Both the position numbers and the translations under genes were made by a program. DNA of 64,000 nt, from positions 10,126 through 74,125 of the forward strand of contig PBHR01000001.1 of assembly GCA_002720275.1 (NCBI GenBank), written 5' to 3'. The notes beneath the pieces are model-generated. The model did not search any database. It saw nothing but the letters and a program-made list of their open reading frames with translations, and had not been told where the DNA came from. The DNA is from Methanobacteriota archaeon (GTDB lineage Archaea > Thermoplasmatota > Poseidoniia > Poseidoniales > Poseidoniaceae). Shown one piece after another: positions 10,274 through 20,180 of the stretch (positions within the stretch are counted from its first letter, which is position 1; every line of letters starts with the position of its first letter).

Positions 10274-11059
10274 TCAAACGGCACCCATATTTTTCAAAGT
10301 ATTCATGAATTGATCTGTAAATCTTCTATACAAACCGCTTAATTTTTGTTTCTGCTTTTCAGGACTTTGATTCACTAGTTCATTTAGTTCATCTTCATTT
10401 AAATTACCACCTTTTTCGTGAAAAATCCATTCTTTCCATGTAATTCCTTTTCCAAAGTGAAATGTTACAGGTTTCCAAAATCTAGGGAATTTATGTGCTT
10501 TAGGTTGCATAAAATCTCTTGTGCCCTCACAAACTACGGGCACAATTAATACATCTGGGTAAGATGCTGCTAATCTCGCAATTCCTGTTTTTCCTTTTCC
10601 TAGAAATGGTGGCTCAGTATTTCTAGATCTTGTTCCTTCTGGGAAAATACCCATACATTTCCCTCTTTCTAGAATACCACTTGCTGTAGATAATGCTTCA
10701 CCTCCACCTTTTTCTCTAACAGTCTTTATTTGTCCTGTTGAAGATACTACAAAACGAGTTAGGAATCTTTCAAAATGTTCATGCTTAGCTAAAAAATGAA
10801 GTTTTCTTCTTGAGCCCGCAATCATGAAAAGAGGGTCAACATGTGAGAGGTGATTTGAAGCAAAAATAACAGGGCCCTTTTTTGGAATATTATTAATTCC
10901 AGTAAAATTTGCAGGGAAGAGTGAACGAAATACTTGACCTAAAACTAATCTTAGAAATGAGTATATTGGCGTGCTTAGGTTTTTGAAATTATAGGGTTTT
11001 ATTTTTATCATTTTTGTTAATTTTTTTAATGCTGAATTCTCGATATTTTCAGAACCCAT
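10274..11059 (-). CDS. plsC: 1-acyl-sn-glycerol-3-phosphate acyltransferase (PlsC/LPAAT family)
   Basis: NHLSHVD (HX4D), FLAK and IFPEGTRS motifs; 'IVPV' block IV. Confidence 0.9.
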   Translation of the reverse strand: MGSENIENSALKKLTKMIKIKPYNFKNLSTPIYSFLRLVLGQVFRSLFPANFTGINNIPKKGPVIFASNHLSHVDPLFMIAGSRRKLHFLAKHEHFERFLTRFVVSSTGQIKTVREKGGGEALSTASGILERGKCMGIFPEGTRSRNTEPPFLGKGKTGIARLAASYPDVLIVPVVCEGTRDFMQPKAHKFPRFWKPVTFHFGKGITWKEWIFHEKGGNLNEDELNELVNQSPEKQKQKLSGLYRRFTDQFMNTLKNMGAV

Positions 11060-11146
11060 ATTTGTTCTTTATAATCATAGGTTTTTACCTTTTTTGTGAT
11101 TGTCATACATAGATACAATTTTCATACTATTTTCAGTAGAAGGCAC

Positions 11147-12415
11147 ATGGCAGAATCATCACAACCTTCCCGGGTGGTTGCAATTGTTGTTTTATGCCTA
11201 TTATTGTTACCAATTACCTTACCTTTGGCGGGCGCTTCCTCTGAATGGGAAGAAGATGGATGGTTAGATGCAGATTGGTTTACTAAAGATGGAAGGATTG
11301 CTTCTGGAGATGAATTAGGTTGTCAAGGTATGCCCGCATTAAATCTTGAATTAATGCCAAAAACTACTGCAATGGAATGTAGGCAATACTTGATGGAAAG
11401 AACAAATGCATCACGTTGGGGAGATTCACCACTTTCTTTTGGCGTAGATATGCTTGAGAATCCAAATTTTGATTCAAGCGATCATGAGGCCTTATTTGAA
11501 GAAGGTTTTGCAGTACACGGTTTGGATACTAATTTTGAAAATACAGTTTGGCATCATGCAACAGATTTCCCTAAGAATAATTCAGACTGGTGGAATTTAG
11601 GTTCGAGTGGTAGTTTGGAGCAAAAAATCACTCCATTAGATGAGATTATTGAATTGGCAAATCAGGGTGCTATGGTAAATTTACAATGGCAGGCACAAAT
11701 TGCTGATTTGAAAGTGCGTACAAATGGTGAACTTGTATCTTGGCTAGAATCTCAAAATGCTTGGTATACTGCCTGGGGAGAAGCATATTCGTATGAATTT
11801 CATAGGATGAATGATGATTTTAAGTTATTTTCTAGCACAGCAAAAGAATGGAATGTTGTTAATGAGGGCAGTTTGATTGAAACAGCGGCTTGGGATGTTC
11901 CTATTACTAGAGGGGTAGACATTAGGAATAATTCGGTAGAGGAAATAACGATTGACGGTTTTGAATTAAAAGAGTTAAGTCTGATTAACAAGACACTTGA
12001 ACAAGGTTGGAGACAAGAGGAAGGGATTTTATGGATTACTTTACAAAGTGGTCAAAATGCTACAATATTAATGGAGAATGACTCTGAAATAGATCTATTC
12101 GGGTTTAATGTATGTGAAAATGGTGCGAATTTTGATTTTGACGATTGTGCTTTACTGGTAAAGCCAAGATATTTCAATAATCATTCATGGGCTTTAACAA
12201 TTTCAGGACATCATACAATTGATTTGTTTAAATGGTCAATGAAGTTTGATGAATCACCATTAGTTTTTACTTGGTTAGTAGAACCTCAAGAGGTTGAAGA
12301 TTTTAGTTGGATTTTGATTGTTATCGCTGCTGGGGCGGGAATTGGAGCAGTAACATATTCTCGACATTTAATTTTAAGAGATCAAAGTGAACAAAATTTA
12401 GAAGAATCAGAATGA
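11147..12415 (+). CDS. Secreted, C-terminally membrane-anchored hypothetical protein
   Basis: Signal peptide from MAESSQ; W/D/E-rich body; C-terminal TM. Confidence 0.7.
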   Translation: MAESSQPSRVVAIVVLCLLLLPITLPLAGASSEWEEDGWLDADWFTKDGRIASGDELGCQGMPALNLELMPKTTAMECRQYLMERTNASRWGDSPLSFGVDMLENPNFDSSDHEALFEEGFAVHGLDTNFENTVWHHATDFPKNNSDWWNLGSSGSLEQKITPLDEIIELANQGAMVNLQWQAQIADLKVRTNGELVSWLESQNAWYTAWGEAYSYEFHRMNDDFKLFSSTAKEWNVVNEGSLIETAAWDVPITRGVDIRNNSVEEITIDGFELKELSLINKTLEQGWRQEEGILWITLQSGQNATILMENDSEIDLFGFNVCENGANFDFDDCALLVKPRYFNNHSWALTISGHHTIDLFKWSMKFDESPLVFTWLVEPQEVEDFSWILIVIAAGAGIGAVTYSRHLILRDQSEQNLEESE

Positions 12416-13477
12416 TTCAGTAATCTTGACACCTTCGTCAGTTAGCTTTTTTGTGATTCTATTGGTTAATCCCTCTATTTTATGCAATTCTTCAGGGGCA
12501 AAAACACCATCTGGAATATTACCCTCTAGTATTTCATCTATAAAGCCAAGAGTGACTAATCCTGTTGTTCTAGCCATGGATGATGCATTTTTAGATCCAT
12601 TATCAAAAACAATCCATCTCTTTTTTGTTGTATTGTTTTCTGTAATGACGTCCAATATTGTAAACTCAGGTTTTTCTTTAAGATATTTCCATTCAGTAAT
12701 TAGTTTGGAAATCGTCTCAGCACGTTTATCTCCTTTCAACAACCCCTGTTTTTGAATTTCAACAAATTTTTCAATATGTCCAGGCCATCTAAGCGTATAT
12801 TCTGACATGTTTTTACATGATCCATAATCTAACAAACTTCTCAATCCGTCAGTCATAAATGCTTGTAGTGTGGTTATTCCCCCATTAACGATATTTTCGT
12901 AATCGATAGTATGTAGGTCTGAAATTGCAGGAACTTCTACATATCCAAAATTTTTAATTATTCTTGCGGGTCTTTCATATTCCTCAATTACATCTGAAGG
13001 ACTAAATGGCGCCATATAAGACCAATTATCATCAGGTTTAGATGGAATCCCGCCAACTCTAATTTTACAAGTTTCTAAATCCCCTATTTCTTCAATGGCT
13101 TTTGCAATTAATAGATTAGAATAACCTGGGGCAATACCAACGTCATAAACTAACTTACAATTGTTGTTTTTAGCCAAAGTATCATATTTTCTTGGGTCTT
13201 CAATTGTAAATGCCAAATCTACAACATCTAGTTTTTTATTTAGCAAAATTTCTCTAACTGAATTTCCTATTTGGCCAGGTAGCATATTAATAATAAGTGG
13301 ACTTCCTTCAATCTTTTTTACAAATTCTAGAGCATCAGTAATTTTTGTAATACATTTCCCTTGAAGGCTTTCAGGAATTTCTAAACCGATTACGGTTAAA
13401 TCGTGATCATCATCAATTAATTTGGAGATGACGTATTCTCCCACTAAACCACATCCTAGTGCGACGATTTCTGCCAT
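12407..13477 (-). CDS. Saccharopine dehydrogenase / lysine 6-dehydrogenase family protein
   Basis: GCGLVG Rossmann motif, DVGIAPGYSN, FSPSDVIEEY, TDGLRSL, TLRWPGH, SMARTTG. Confidence 0.88.
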   Translation of the reverse strand: MAEIVALGCGLVGEYVISKLIDDDHDLTVIGLEIPESLQGKCITKITDALEFVKKIEGSPLIINMLPGQIGNSVREILLNKKLDVVDLAFTIEDPRKYDTLAKNNNCKLVYDVGIAPGYSNLLIAKAIEEIGDLETCKIRVGGIPSKPDDNWSYMAPFSPSDVIEEYERPARIIKNFGYVEVPAISDLHTIDYENIVNGGITTLQAFMTDGLRSLLDYGSCKNMSEYTLRWPGHIEKFVEIQKQGLLKGDKRAETISKLITEWKYLKEKPEFTILDVITENNTTKKRWIVFDNGSKNASSMARTTGLVTLGFIDEILEGNIPDGVFAPEELHKIEGLTNRITKKLTDEGVKITESF

Positions 13478-13627
13478 AACAAGAATTGTAAAGCACTTGT
13501 TTATTGACTTATGTATTTTGGAAATTAAATAACTTCTAGAAATTCAAATTTACTACATAATAGTACATTTTATTATTTTTCGCGTAGAAGTCTTGATTTC
13601 CTATAACGTTGGCGGAGGGTTGAGAAT

Positions 13628-14998
13628 ATGGGCGAAAACATTCGAATTGATCCTTGGTCATCATCCCAATCAACGGATTACCAAAGGATAATAGATCAAT
13701 TTGGTTTAGAATCTATTGATTCTAGAAGTCTTCCTAATCCCTCTATGCTTCATCGTAGAAAAATTGTATTTGCTCATAGAGATTTGGATGTAATACTTAG
13801 GGCTAATTCAAAAGGTAATTCTTTTGGAGTTTTGACTGGATTAATGCCTTCTGGGAAGATGCATTTAGGTCACAAAATGGTCATTGATCAAGTTAGATGG
13901 TTTCAAGACTTAGGTGCAGATGTTACAATTGCAGTTGCAGATTTAGAAGCCCATGCAACAAGAGGACTATCGCTTGAAGAGTGTAGGAAAAATGCTTTGG
14001 AAGAATATGTTTCTAATTATGCAGCAATGGGGTTAGATCCCGAGAAAACAAAAATATATTTTCAATCCAAAAGACCCATAGTTCAAAGGATAGGATTTAC
14101 TCTTGGTAAAAAAACAAATTTGTCAGAAATGGAGGCTATTTATGGATTTAATGGAGAAACTAATCTTGCCCATGTTCAAGCACCATTGGTTCAGGTTGGG
14201 GATATTGTTCATCCAATGTTAGATGAGTACGGTGGTTTAAGACCAATTGTTGTTCCAGTTGGAATAGATCAAGACCCACATATTAGATTGACAAGGGGTT
14301 TAACCTCAAAGTCAAATTGGTTTAATCTAAAATATGGAAAAAAAGGAGGAATTAACATCTCTTTATCCATTCAAGATGAAAATTCAGGATTGATGGGTAT
14401 TTCCCCGGACGGTAAATTAAATAGAGGAGTAAGGGAGGAATTATTTTCAGAAATCTCAACAAATTTGTCAGGTATTGGTTTTTCTGATTTAATCAAAAAC
14501 CCAAAACATGGAACTTTAGGAATTCCTTCTGCAACAATAGCTGACTACGATGATGTAAAATCAGTATTACTAAAATTAGAACGCAAAATGGGGGGTTTGG
14601 GGTTATTGCAGCCTGCTAGCACATATCACAAATTTGCAGTTGGTATGACTGGGGATAAAATGAGTTCAAGTAAGCCGAATACTACTATATTCCTTACAGA
14701 TGATTTTAAGACTATTGAAAAGAAAATAAAATCTGCATTTTCAGGAGGCAAATCTACAATTGAAGAACATCGACTACATGGAGGGAATCCAGATATAGAT
14801 GTTGCTTATCAGTATTTGATGTATTTTTTTGAAGAAGACGATGAGACTCTAAAGGAATTAAATGAAGGTTATCGTTCGGGTAAAATTTTGGCAGGAGAAA
14901 TGAAACAAATTTGTGTTGAAAGAGCTACTGAATGGATGAAAGAACATCAAGAATTAAAACAACAAAATGCACATATGGTTGATGCATACTTGTCTTAA
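13628..14998 (+). CDS. trpS: Tryptophan--tRNA ligase (archaeal type)
   Basis: IDPW, GLMPSGKMHLGH (HIGH), VPVGIDQDPHIRL, KMSSS. Confidence 0.96.
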   Translation: MGENIRIDPWSSSQSTDYQRIIDQFGLESIDSRSLPNPSMLHRRKIVFAHRDLDVILRANSKGNSFGVLTGLMPSGKMHLGHKMVIDQVRWFQDLGADVTIAVADLEAHATRGLSLEECRKNALEEYVSNYAAMGLDPEKTKIYFQSKRPIVQRIGFTLGKKTNLSEMEAIYGFNGETNLAHVQAPLVQVGDIVHPMLDEYGGLRPIVVPVGIDQDPHIRLTRGLTSKSNWFNLKYGKKGGINISLSIQDENSGLMGISPDGKLNRGVREELFSEISTNLSGIGFSDLIKNPKHGTLGIPSATIADYDDVKSVLLKLERKMGGLGLLQPASTYHKFAVGMTGDKMSSSKPNTTIFLTDDFKTIEKKIKSAFSGGKSTIEEHRLHGGNPDIDVAYQYLMYFFEEDDETLKELNEGYRSGKILAGEMKQICVERATEWMKEHQELKQQNAHMVDAYLS

Positions 14999-15042
14999 TT
15001 ACTGTAGATATGATTAAGTCATTCATATAATAACGTGTAACT

Positions 15043-18000
15043 ATGCAAATGAACTATTTACGAAGCAAACACAAAGCAATTTTGATTACGACTCTTTTTG
15101 TATTAGTTAGTCTTTCTACAGTTGTTGGAAGCCACGTTAATTCTGAAGAAAGCCGTTCTATAGGAAATGAGAACATTATGGTGACTGTACTTAGTGATCA
15201 TTATGATGAATTATCCTCAATTACAGTTGGTGCTGCTTTAACAGGATTAAATCCAAGTATTGATTATGATGTTGAATTAACAATTTGTTATGATATGGCA
15301 AATATTGGTAATTGGGAGAGCCCTTCCAATGGATTCACATACGATGATTATGATTGTGATGAACATATGATTGATTCTGAAATATATGATGCTGAAACGG
15401 ATGAATATCAAAATTATTTGTGGGGAGATGTAGTAGATGTTCCTGCAGGAGTTAATAGTTATGTTATTGCTAAAGCAATAGAATTTCAAAGAGATTCAGA
15501 CCTTCATCCTGACGATCTTGGAGAATTTACTTGTAATGATTCTTCAATAATTAATGATTGGTGGATGGTAAATGATGGGAATGCTGATTGTGTAGATGCT
15601 TCAGATGAAGGCTTTGATTATGATAATTGGCCAAGTGAAGTTATAGACGCATCGTATCACTATAATTGCACGGATTGGGAGTATTATGGCTGGGATCAAC
15701 CTTCATTACAATGGACTTGGTATCACTATGATGCTTGTGGAAGAGGTTACTATGTAATCGCCGAATTATTAGTTGGCGATTTCGAATTGGCTGATTCTTA
15801 TTCTAATTCTTTTGCAATCGGATATAGGGGTCACGTTGAATTCGATTCCTTAAGAGAATCAGCAATATTGTCCGGTATGGATTATGAATTTTCATTTGGA
15901 GCTTGTAAGCTGTTTTATTATATCACTGATTTAGTTGAATATGATTTAGATTATAGTGTGCAAAATTTAGATGACATGTCAATAACACATTCAGGAACAC
16001 ATTCACAAATTGACTCAAGATCTAAAACTACAAATTGTGTTTCTGATGAGTCAGTTGTCTTATCGGGACTTTCGGATGGCAACTATAGTTTAACAATTAG
16101 TTTAACACAAGAAGGTGTTTTATTAGAACAGTTTGTTCAGGATTTTTCTGTAGTTGATATTTACATATCTGGAACAGAGGAGTTGAGTATTTCAACACCT
16201 TGGGGACATCATTATAATTCAGAACTTCAGACATGGCCAGGGAGCACTTTTGGAGCGATGATTATACAAATAGATACAGAGAATCTTGAGTATTGGGGGT
16301 CATGGCTTGGTCATCCAATTACTCTTGATTTAAGATTATGTAAATATAGATCTTCATTCAGTTTTCCTTTAGCATCTTCAGGAACTACTTATGATGATTA
16401 TGGGCGATATTGTAATGATGCACAAAGGCCATTAATTTATGATGCTCAAAATGATACTTATGTTGAGGAGCCAGTATTCAATACTTATGAATTAACCGTG
16501 GGTGATATTATTAATGGTTGGTTTTGGTTACCTTTGTATTCAGAATATAATTCCTCCATTCACCCAAATAATCTTGGACAATTTACTTGTGATGATTCTT
16601 CAACAATTAATAATTGGTGGATGGTAAATGATGGGAATGCTGATTGTGTAGATGGTTCAGATGAAGGGTTTGATTATGCTGATTGGCCAAATGAAACAAT
16701 TTCTGCAAATCTCAATACTTATCAATCAGGTTATTGGATAGAAGGAACATTAAAATCAGGACCTTATGTTTTAGTTGATGCATTCTCAAATTCATTTGCA
16801 GTAGGAGATCAAGGTAGTATTCAATATCGTGCTTTACATCCTAATGGAGTCTTAAATGGGATGGATTATGAATTTGATATGAGAGCACGTTGGTTGTTTA
16901 GGTATATCGATACTTTAGTTAATTATGATTTGAACTATAGCGTTACAGATTCTAATTCCAATGTGGTTGCTAATGGAACACATTCTCAAATGGATTCAAG
17001 AGCTCTAACGACATGGGCTTCTGATTGGGAGACTTATTCCATTTCAGGACTAACTCCTGGTGATTATACTCTTGAAATTAATTTGATTGAAGAAGGTGAT
17101 GAAATACATACTTTCGAGCAGGATTTCTCAATAATTGATGAGATGCTTTCCAATGAGGAAGTAATTACCGTTTCAGTAGATTCTAATCATTATGGTGAAA
17201 ATGAGGATATTGAATTGACAGTATCATTGGATAATTTATATCCTGGAACAAATTATGATGTAAATTGGAATGTTTGTAGAGATGCGTTTGAGTTAGATGA
17301 ATTCCCAAATCCTGCTAATGGTACAATATTTGAGAGGTATGATTGTCCTAACTTTATAGGTAGTGGGCCTCAGATATATGATGCTTCAACAGATTCATAT
17401 TCCAATGCATGGGACATTTTACCTCCAGTTCCTGCTGGTTCTACATCTTATTCAGAAACAGTTACGATTCAATCAGAATATATTTCTCAAATTGATCCTT
17501 GGAATTTAGGTGATTATGAGTGTAATTCTGGGGATATGGTATCTATGGGTTGGACTTTAATTAATGATGGCGTTGCTGATTGTGCTGATGGTTCAGATGA
17601 AGGATTTGATTATGCAAATTGGCCAACAGAAAACATCCAAAATCCATTCTCTAATTATATTGAGCAAGAAGGTTTCTACATTGTAGCAGAAATTACTGTT
17701 GCTGGTTTTGAAGTTGTGGATGCATATACAGAATCATTTGCTGTAGGAGATATTGGATATATTGATGTTAGTTCAGATCACGAATCAGGAGTGCTTGCTG
17801 GAATGGATTACAAATTTTACTTCAGAGGTTGTGAGTTATTCCGTTACATCACAGTACCTGTTGATTATAACTTAGATTACTGGGTTTTTGATGATGTGAA
17901 TGGTTTGGTTACATCTGGTTCAAATCAGTTAATTGATTTAAGGTCAATTGATGATTATTGCTCTGATGGTGAATTGATTTCTATTTCAGGTTTAACAGTT

Positions 18001-19182
18001 GATCAAGGTAAAAGAAATAAGCATTATAGTTTGAAAATTATGCTAACCTCTGGAGGTAATGTAATTGATGAATTAAATCATGATTTTACAATTACAGATC
18101 CAATGGCCCCTAATGATGATGCAACATTAGATGTAATGGCTGTTACTGGTTTAAATGGCGTAGGTGTTGTGGATATATTAGTTGACGAAATGACTGCAGG
18201 TCAATTTTATGAGGTAGTTTATACAATTGGAATTGCAGGAGTACAGCCTGAGGTTGGTAATTATATCTTGATAGCTCCACCTACAACAGATGTTGAAACA
18301 ATTTCATTCCCTCATCTCTCTGATGGATATTATTGTATTAACGTAAAATTGATGATAAATAATTGGGAATTAAAATCAACATCTACCTGTTTTAGTCAGC
18401 AATCTACAATTGATTCAGATAATGATGGAATAAGAGATTTAGATGACAATTGCCCTGATGAAGATGCATCAATGGGCCCTGATGTAGATGGCGATGGTTG
18501 TATTGAGCACCCTGATTCAGATTTTGATGGATGGGATGATGTTGATGAGATTGAATGTGGAACAGATCCATTGTGGGAAGAAGAGTATCCATTTGACTTA
18601 GATGGCGATGGTATTTGTGATACTCTTGATACAGACACTGATGGAGACGGCGTTCCAGATTTAATTGAGATTAATGAGGGGACAGATCCTAATGATGACC
18701 AAAGTAAACCAAATGCTCCACCAATTTGTGATATTTATTATGCATTTGAAACATCAGGAATTGTTGTAGCAAACAATAATTTATTGGTTTCCGCAATTCC
18801 TTCAGGGATTCCAACAGTACCAACAAATTTAACAATCACATTACCAGAAGGAAATTATTACCTAATTGCAATGTGTAGTGATCCTGATGGAGATGTTGTT
18901 TCAGTTAACTTAAATGGACAAATGATTAATGCAACAGAGGCTACAGTTGGAGCTTTGGTGATTATGGCTCCAGATACTTCAGAAACTGTTGATTTAATGC
19001 TTTCTTATGGAGATGGTGCTAATTTCTTAGCCGCAATGATTACAGTAAATTTGGATGCGGGTTCTATAGTTCCTACTGTAACTGATGAAACTACAGGACA
19101 AGGAGTCCCTGGATTTACTGGTTTTATTGGAATTATTGCATTAATTGGAGCAACAATTTTTGGTAATCGAAAAAACGAGTAA
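15043..19182 (+). CDS. Large acidic surface protein: 3 long tandem repeats with LDLa-like modules, TSP3-like Ca-binding repeats and a PGF-CTERM
   Basis: Signal peptide; three 'C..(W)..NDG.ADC.D.SDEGFDY..WP' units; DSDNDG/DVDGDG/DLDGDG/DTDGDG repeats; ends VPGF-TM-RKNE. Confidence 0.85.
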   Translation: MQMNYLRSKHKAILITTLFVLVSLSTVVGSHVNSEESRSIGNENIMVTVLSDHYDELSSITVGAALTGLNPSIDYDVELTICYDMANIGNWESPSNGFTYDDYDCDEHMIDSEIYDAETDEYQNYLWGDVVDVPAGVNSYVIAKAIEFQRDSDLHPDDLGEFTCNDSSIINDWWMVNDGNADCVDASDEGFDYDNWPSEVIDASYHYNCTDWEYYGWDQPSLQWTWYHYDACGRGYYVIAELLVGDFELADSYSNSFAIGYRGHVEFDSLRESAILSGMDYEFSFGACKLFYYITDLVEYDLDYSVQNLDDMSITHSGTHSQIDSRSKTTNCVSDESVVLSGLSDGNYSLTISLTQEGVLLEQFVQDFSVVDIYISGTEELSISTPWGHHYNSELQTWPGSTFGAMIIQIDTENLEYWGSWLGHPITLDLRLCKYRSSFSFPLASSGTTYDDYGRYCNDAQRPLIYDAQNDTYVEEPVFNTYELTVGDIINGWFWLPLYSEYNSSIHPNNLGQFTCDDSSTINNWWMVNDGNADCVDGSDEGFDYADWPNETISANLNTYQSGYWIEGTLKSGPYVLVDAFSNSFAVGDQGSIQYRALHPNGVLNGMDYEFDMRARWLFRYIDTLVNYDLNYSVTDSNSNVVANGTHSQMDSRALTTWASDWETYSISGLTPGDYTLEINLIEEGDEIHTFEQDFSIIDEMLSNEEVITVSVDSNHYGENEDIELTVSLDNLYPGTNYDVNWNVCRDAFELDEFPNPANGTIFERYDCPNFIGSGPQIYDASTDSYSNAWDILPPVPAGSTSYSETVTIQSEYISQIDPWNLGDYECNSGDMVSMGWTLINDGVADCADGSDEGFDYANWPTENIQNPFSNYIEQEGFYIVAEITVAGFEVVDAYTESFAVGDIGYIDVSSDHESGVLAGMDYKFYFRGCELFRYITVPVDYNLDYWVFDDVNGLVTSGSNQLIDLRSIDDYCSDGELISISGLTVDQGKRNKHYSLKIMLTSGGNVIDELNHDFTITDPMAPNDDATLDVMAVTGLNGVGVVDILVDEMTAGQFYEVVYTIGIAGVQPEVGNYILIAPPTTDVETISFPHLSDGYYCINVKLMINNWELKSTSTCFSQQSTIDSDNDGIRDLDDNCPDEDASMGPDVDGDGCIEHPDSDFDGWDDVDEIECGTDPLWEEEYPFDLDGDGICDTLDTDTDGDGVPDLIEINEGTDPNDDQSKPNAPPICDIYYAFETSGIVVANNNLLVSAIPSGIPTVPTNLTITLPEGNYYLIAMCSDPDGDVVSVNLNGQMINATEATVGALVIMAPDTSETVDLMLSYGDGANFLAAMITVNLDAGSIVPTVTDETTGQGVPGFTGFIGIIALIGATIFGNRKNE
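15517..16690 (+). repeat. Intragenic direct repeat, 118 nt (15517-15634 and 16573-16690); diverged third copy at 17506-17626
   Basis: Manual alignment of the two copies shows 8 mismatches in 118 nt. Confidence 0.9.
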
Positions 19183-19229
19183 AATAATTGATATTACAGA
19201 TTAAATATTATTAATTTTTAGAATTAATA

Positions 19230-20117
19230 ATGGTGTTCGAATGGCCAATGAATGTTGCCCATTGTGACATTTGTGGAGAAGACAATGTTAGAAAAATTTC
19301 TAAAAAGGGTCAATTCAATGAAGAAGTGAACGTAGTATTGTGTAAAAATGATGGATTTGTTTATCTTTCACCAAGATGGGATGAGGAAGGATATAAGCAA
19401 TATTATAGCCAAAAGTATAGTGCAATATTTCCCCAATTTGACAACCAAGAGGATTTGATCGAGGAGCCGTATAAAAGGGTAGTGAGTCGTATCAGTCCCC
19501 ACTTGAAAAATACACCATCTAATGTATTGAGTATTGGTGCTGGTAAAGGATGTGTACTTCGTTTATTGAAAAGAAAATTTGAGAATATAGACTGTTCTGC
19601 AATTGAGCCATCAGAAGAGTGTAGGAAATATCTTTCTGAAAATTTTGGATATTCTATTTTAGCAGATGATATTGGTAGTAATTGGGAAGATGGACTTGAA
19701 GATTTTTTTGACATAATTGTTATGAGGCATGTTTTAGAACATTTGTTGAATCCTATTGATTCTTTAAAAAAAGTACGTAATTCGTTAAATGATTCAGGAA
19801 TTGCTTACATTGCCGTTCCGGATATGATGTCCCCTAAAGGAAGTTTGAAAAGATATTTTTTTAGAGCACCTCATGTATCTTATTTTTCAAAATCAACTTT
19901 AAGTTATTTTCTTAACAAAGCATGTTTGGAAATTATTGAAATTAAAGAACAAGATGGTGAATTGTGGTGCGTTGTGAAGCCAGGGGACGAAGATAAAACG
20001 AAAACCATCCCTTCTGATAATTTTTCAATACAATTAAATCTAATTAGAAAATATAAAAAAAGTCAAAGAATTCCTGAATTTAAATCCTTTATTGCTAGAT
20101 TAATTGGTAGGGAATAG
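19230..20117 (+). CDS. Class I SAM-dependent methyltransferase with N-terminal Zn-binding CxxC
   Basis: CDIC; VLSIGAGKG motif I; AIEPS; FDIIVMRHVLEHL; IAVP. Confidence 0.85.
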   Translation: MVFEWPMNVAHCDICGEDNVRKISKKGQFNEEVNVVLCKNDGFVYLSPRWDEEGYKQYYSQKYSAIFPQFDNQEDLIEEPYKRVVSRISPHLKNTPSNVLSIGAGKGCVLRLLKRKFENIDCSAIEPSEECRKYLSENFGYSILADDIGSNWEDGLEDFFDIIVMRHVLEHLLNPIDSLKKVRNSLNDSGIAYIAVPDMMSPKGSLKRYFFRAPHVSYFSKSTLSYFLNKACLEIIEIKEQDGELWCVVKPGDEDKTKTIPSDNFSIQLNLIRKYKKSQRIPEFKSFIARLIGRE

Positions 20118-20180
20118 TAGTTTGGAAAACTTGTATTTAATTTGCGCTAATTCTAAGGCCCTCCTTTATTAGCACAGGTT

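Noticed and set aside
15517..16690. Diversity-generating retroelement TR/VR pair
   Set aside because: Mismatches are not adenine-specific (they include G/C and T/C), both copies are in-frame coding modules, and no reverse transcriptase is present in the window.
18400..18710. CRISPR-like or tandem DNA repeat (GATGGNGATGG motifs)
   Set aside because: These are codons for DxDxDG calcium-binding protein repeats; there is no constant repeat/spacer period.
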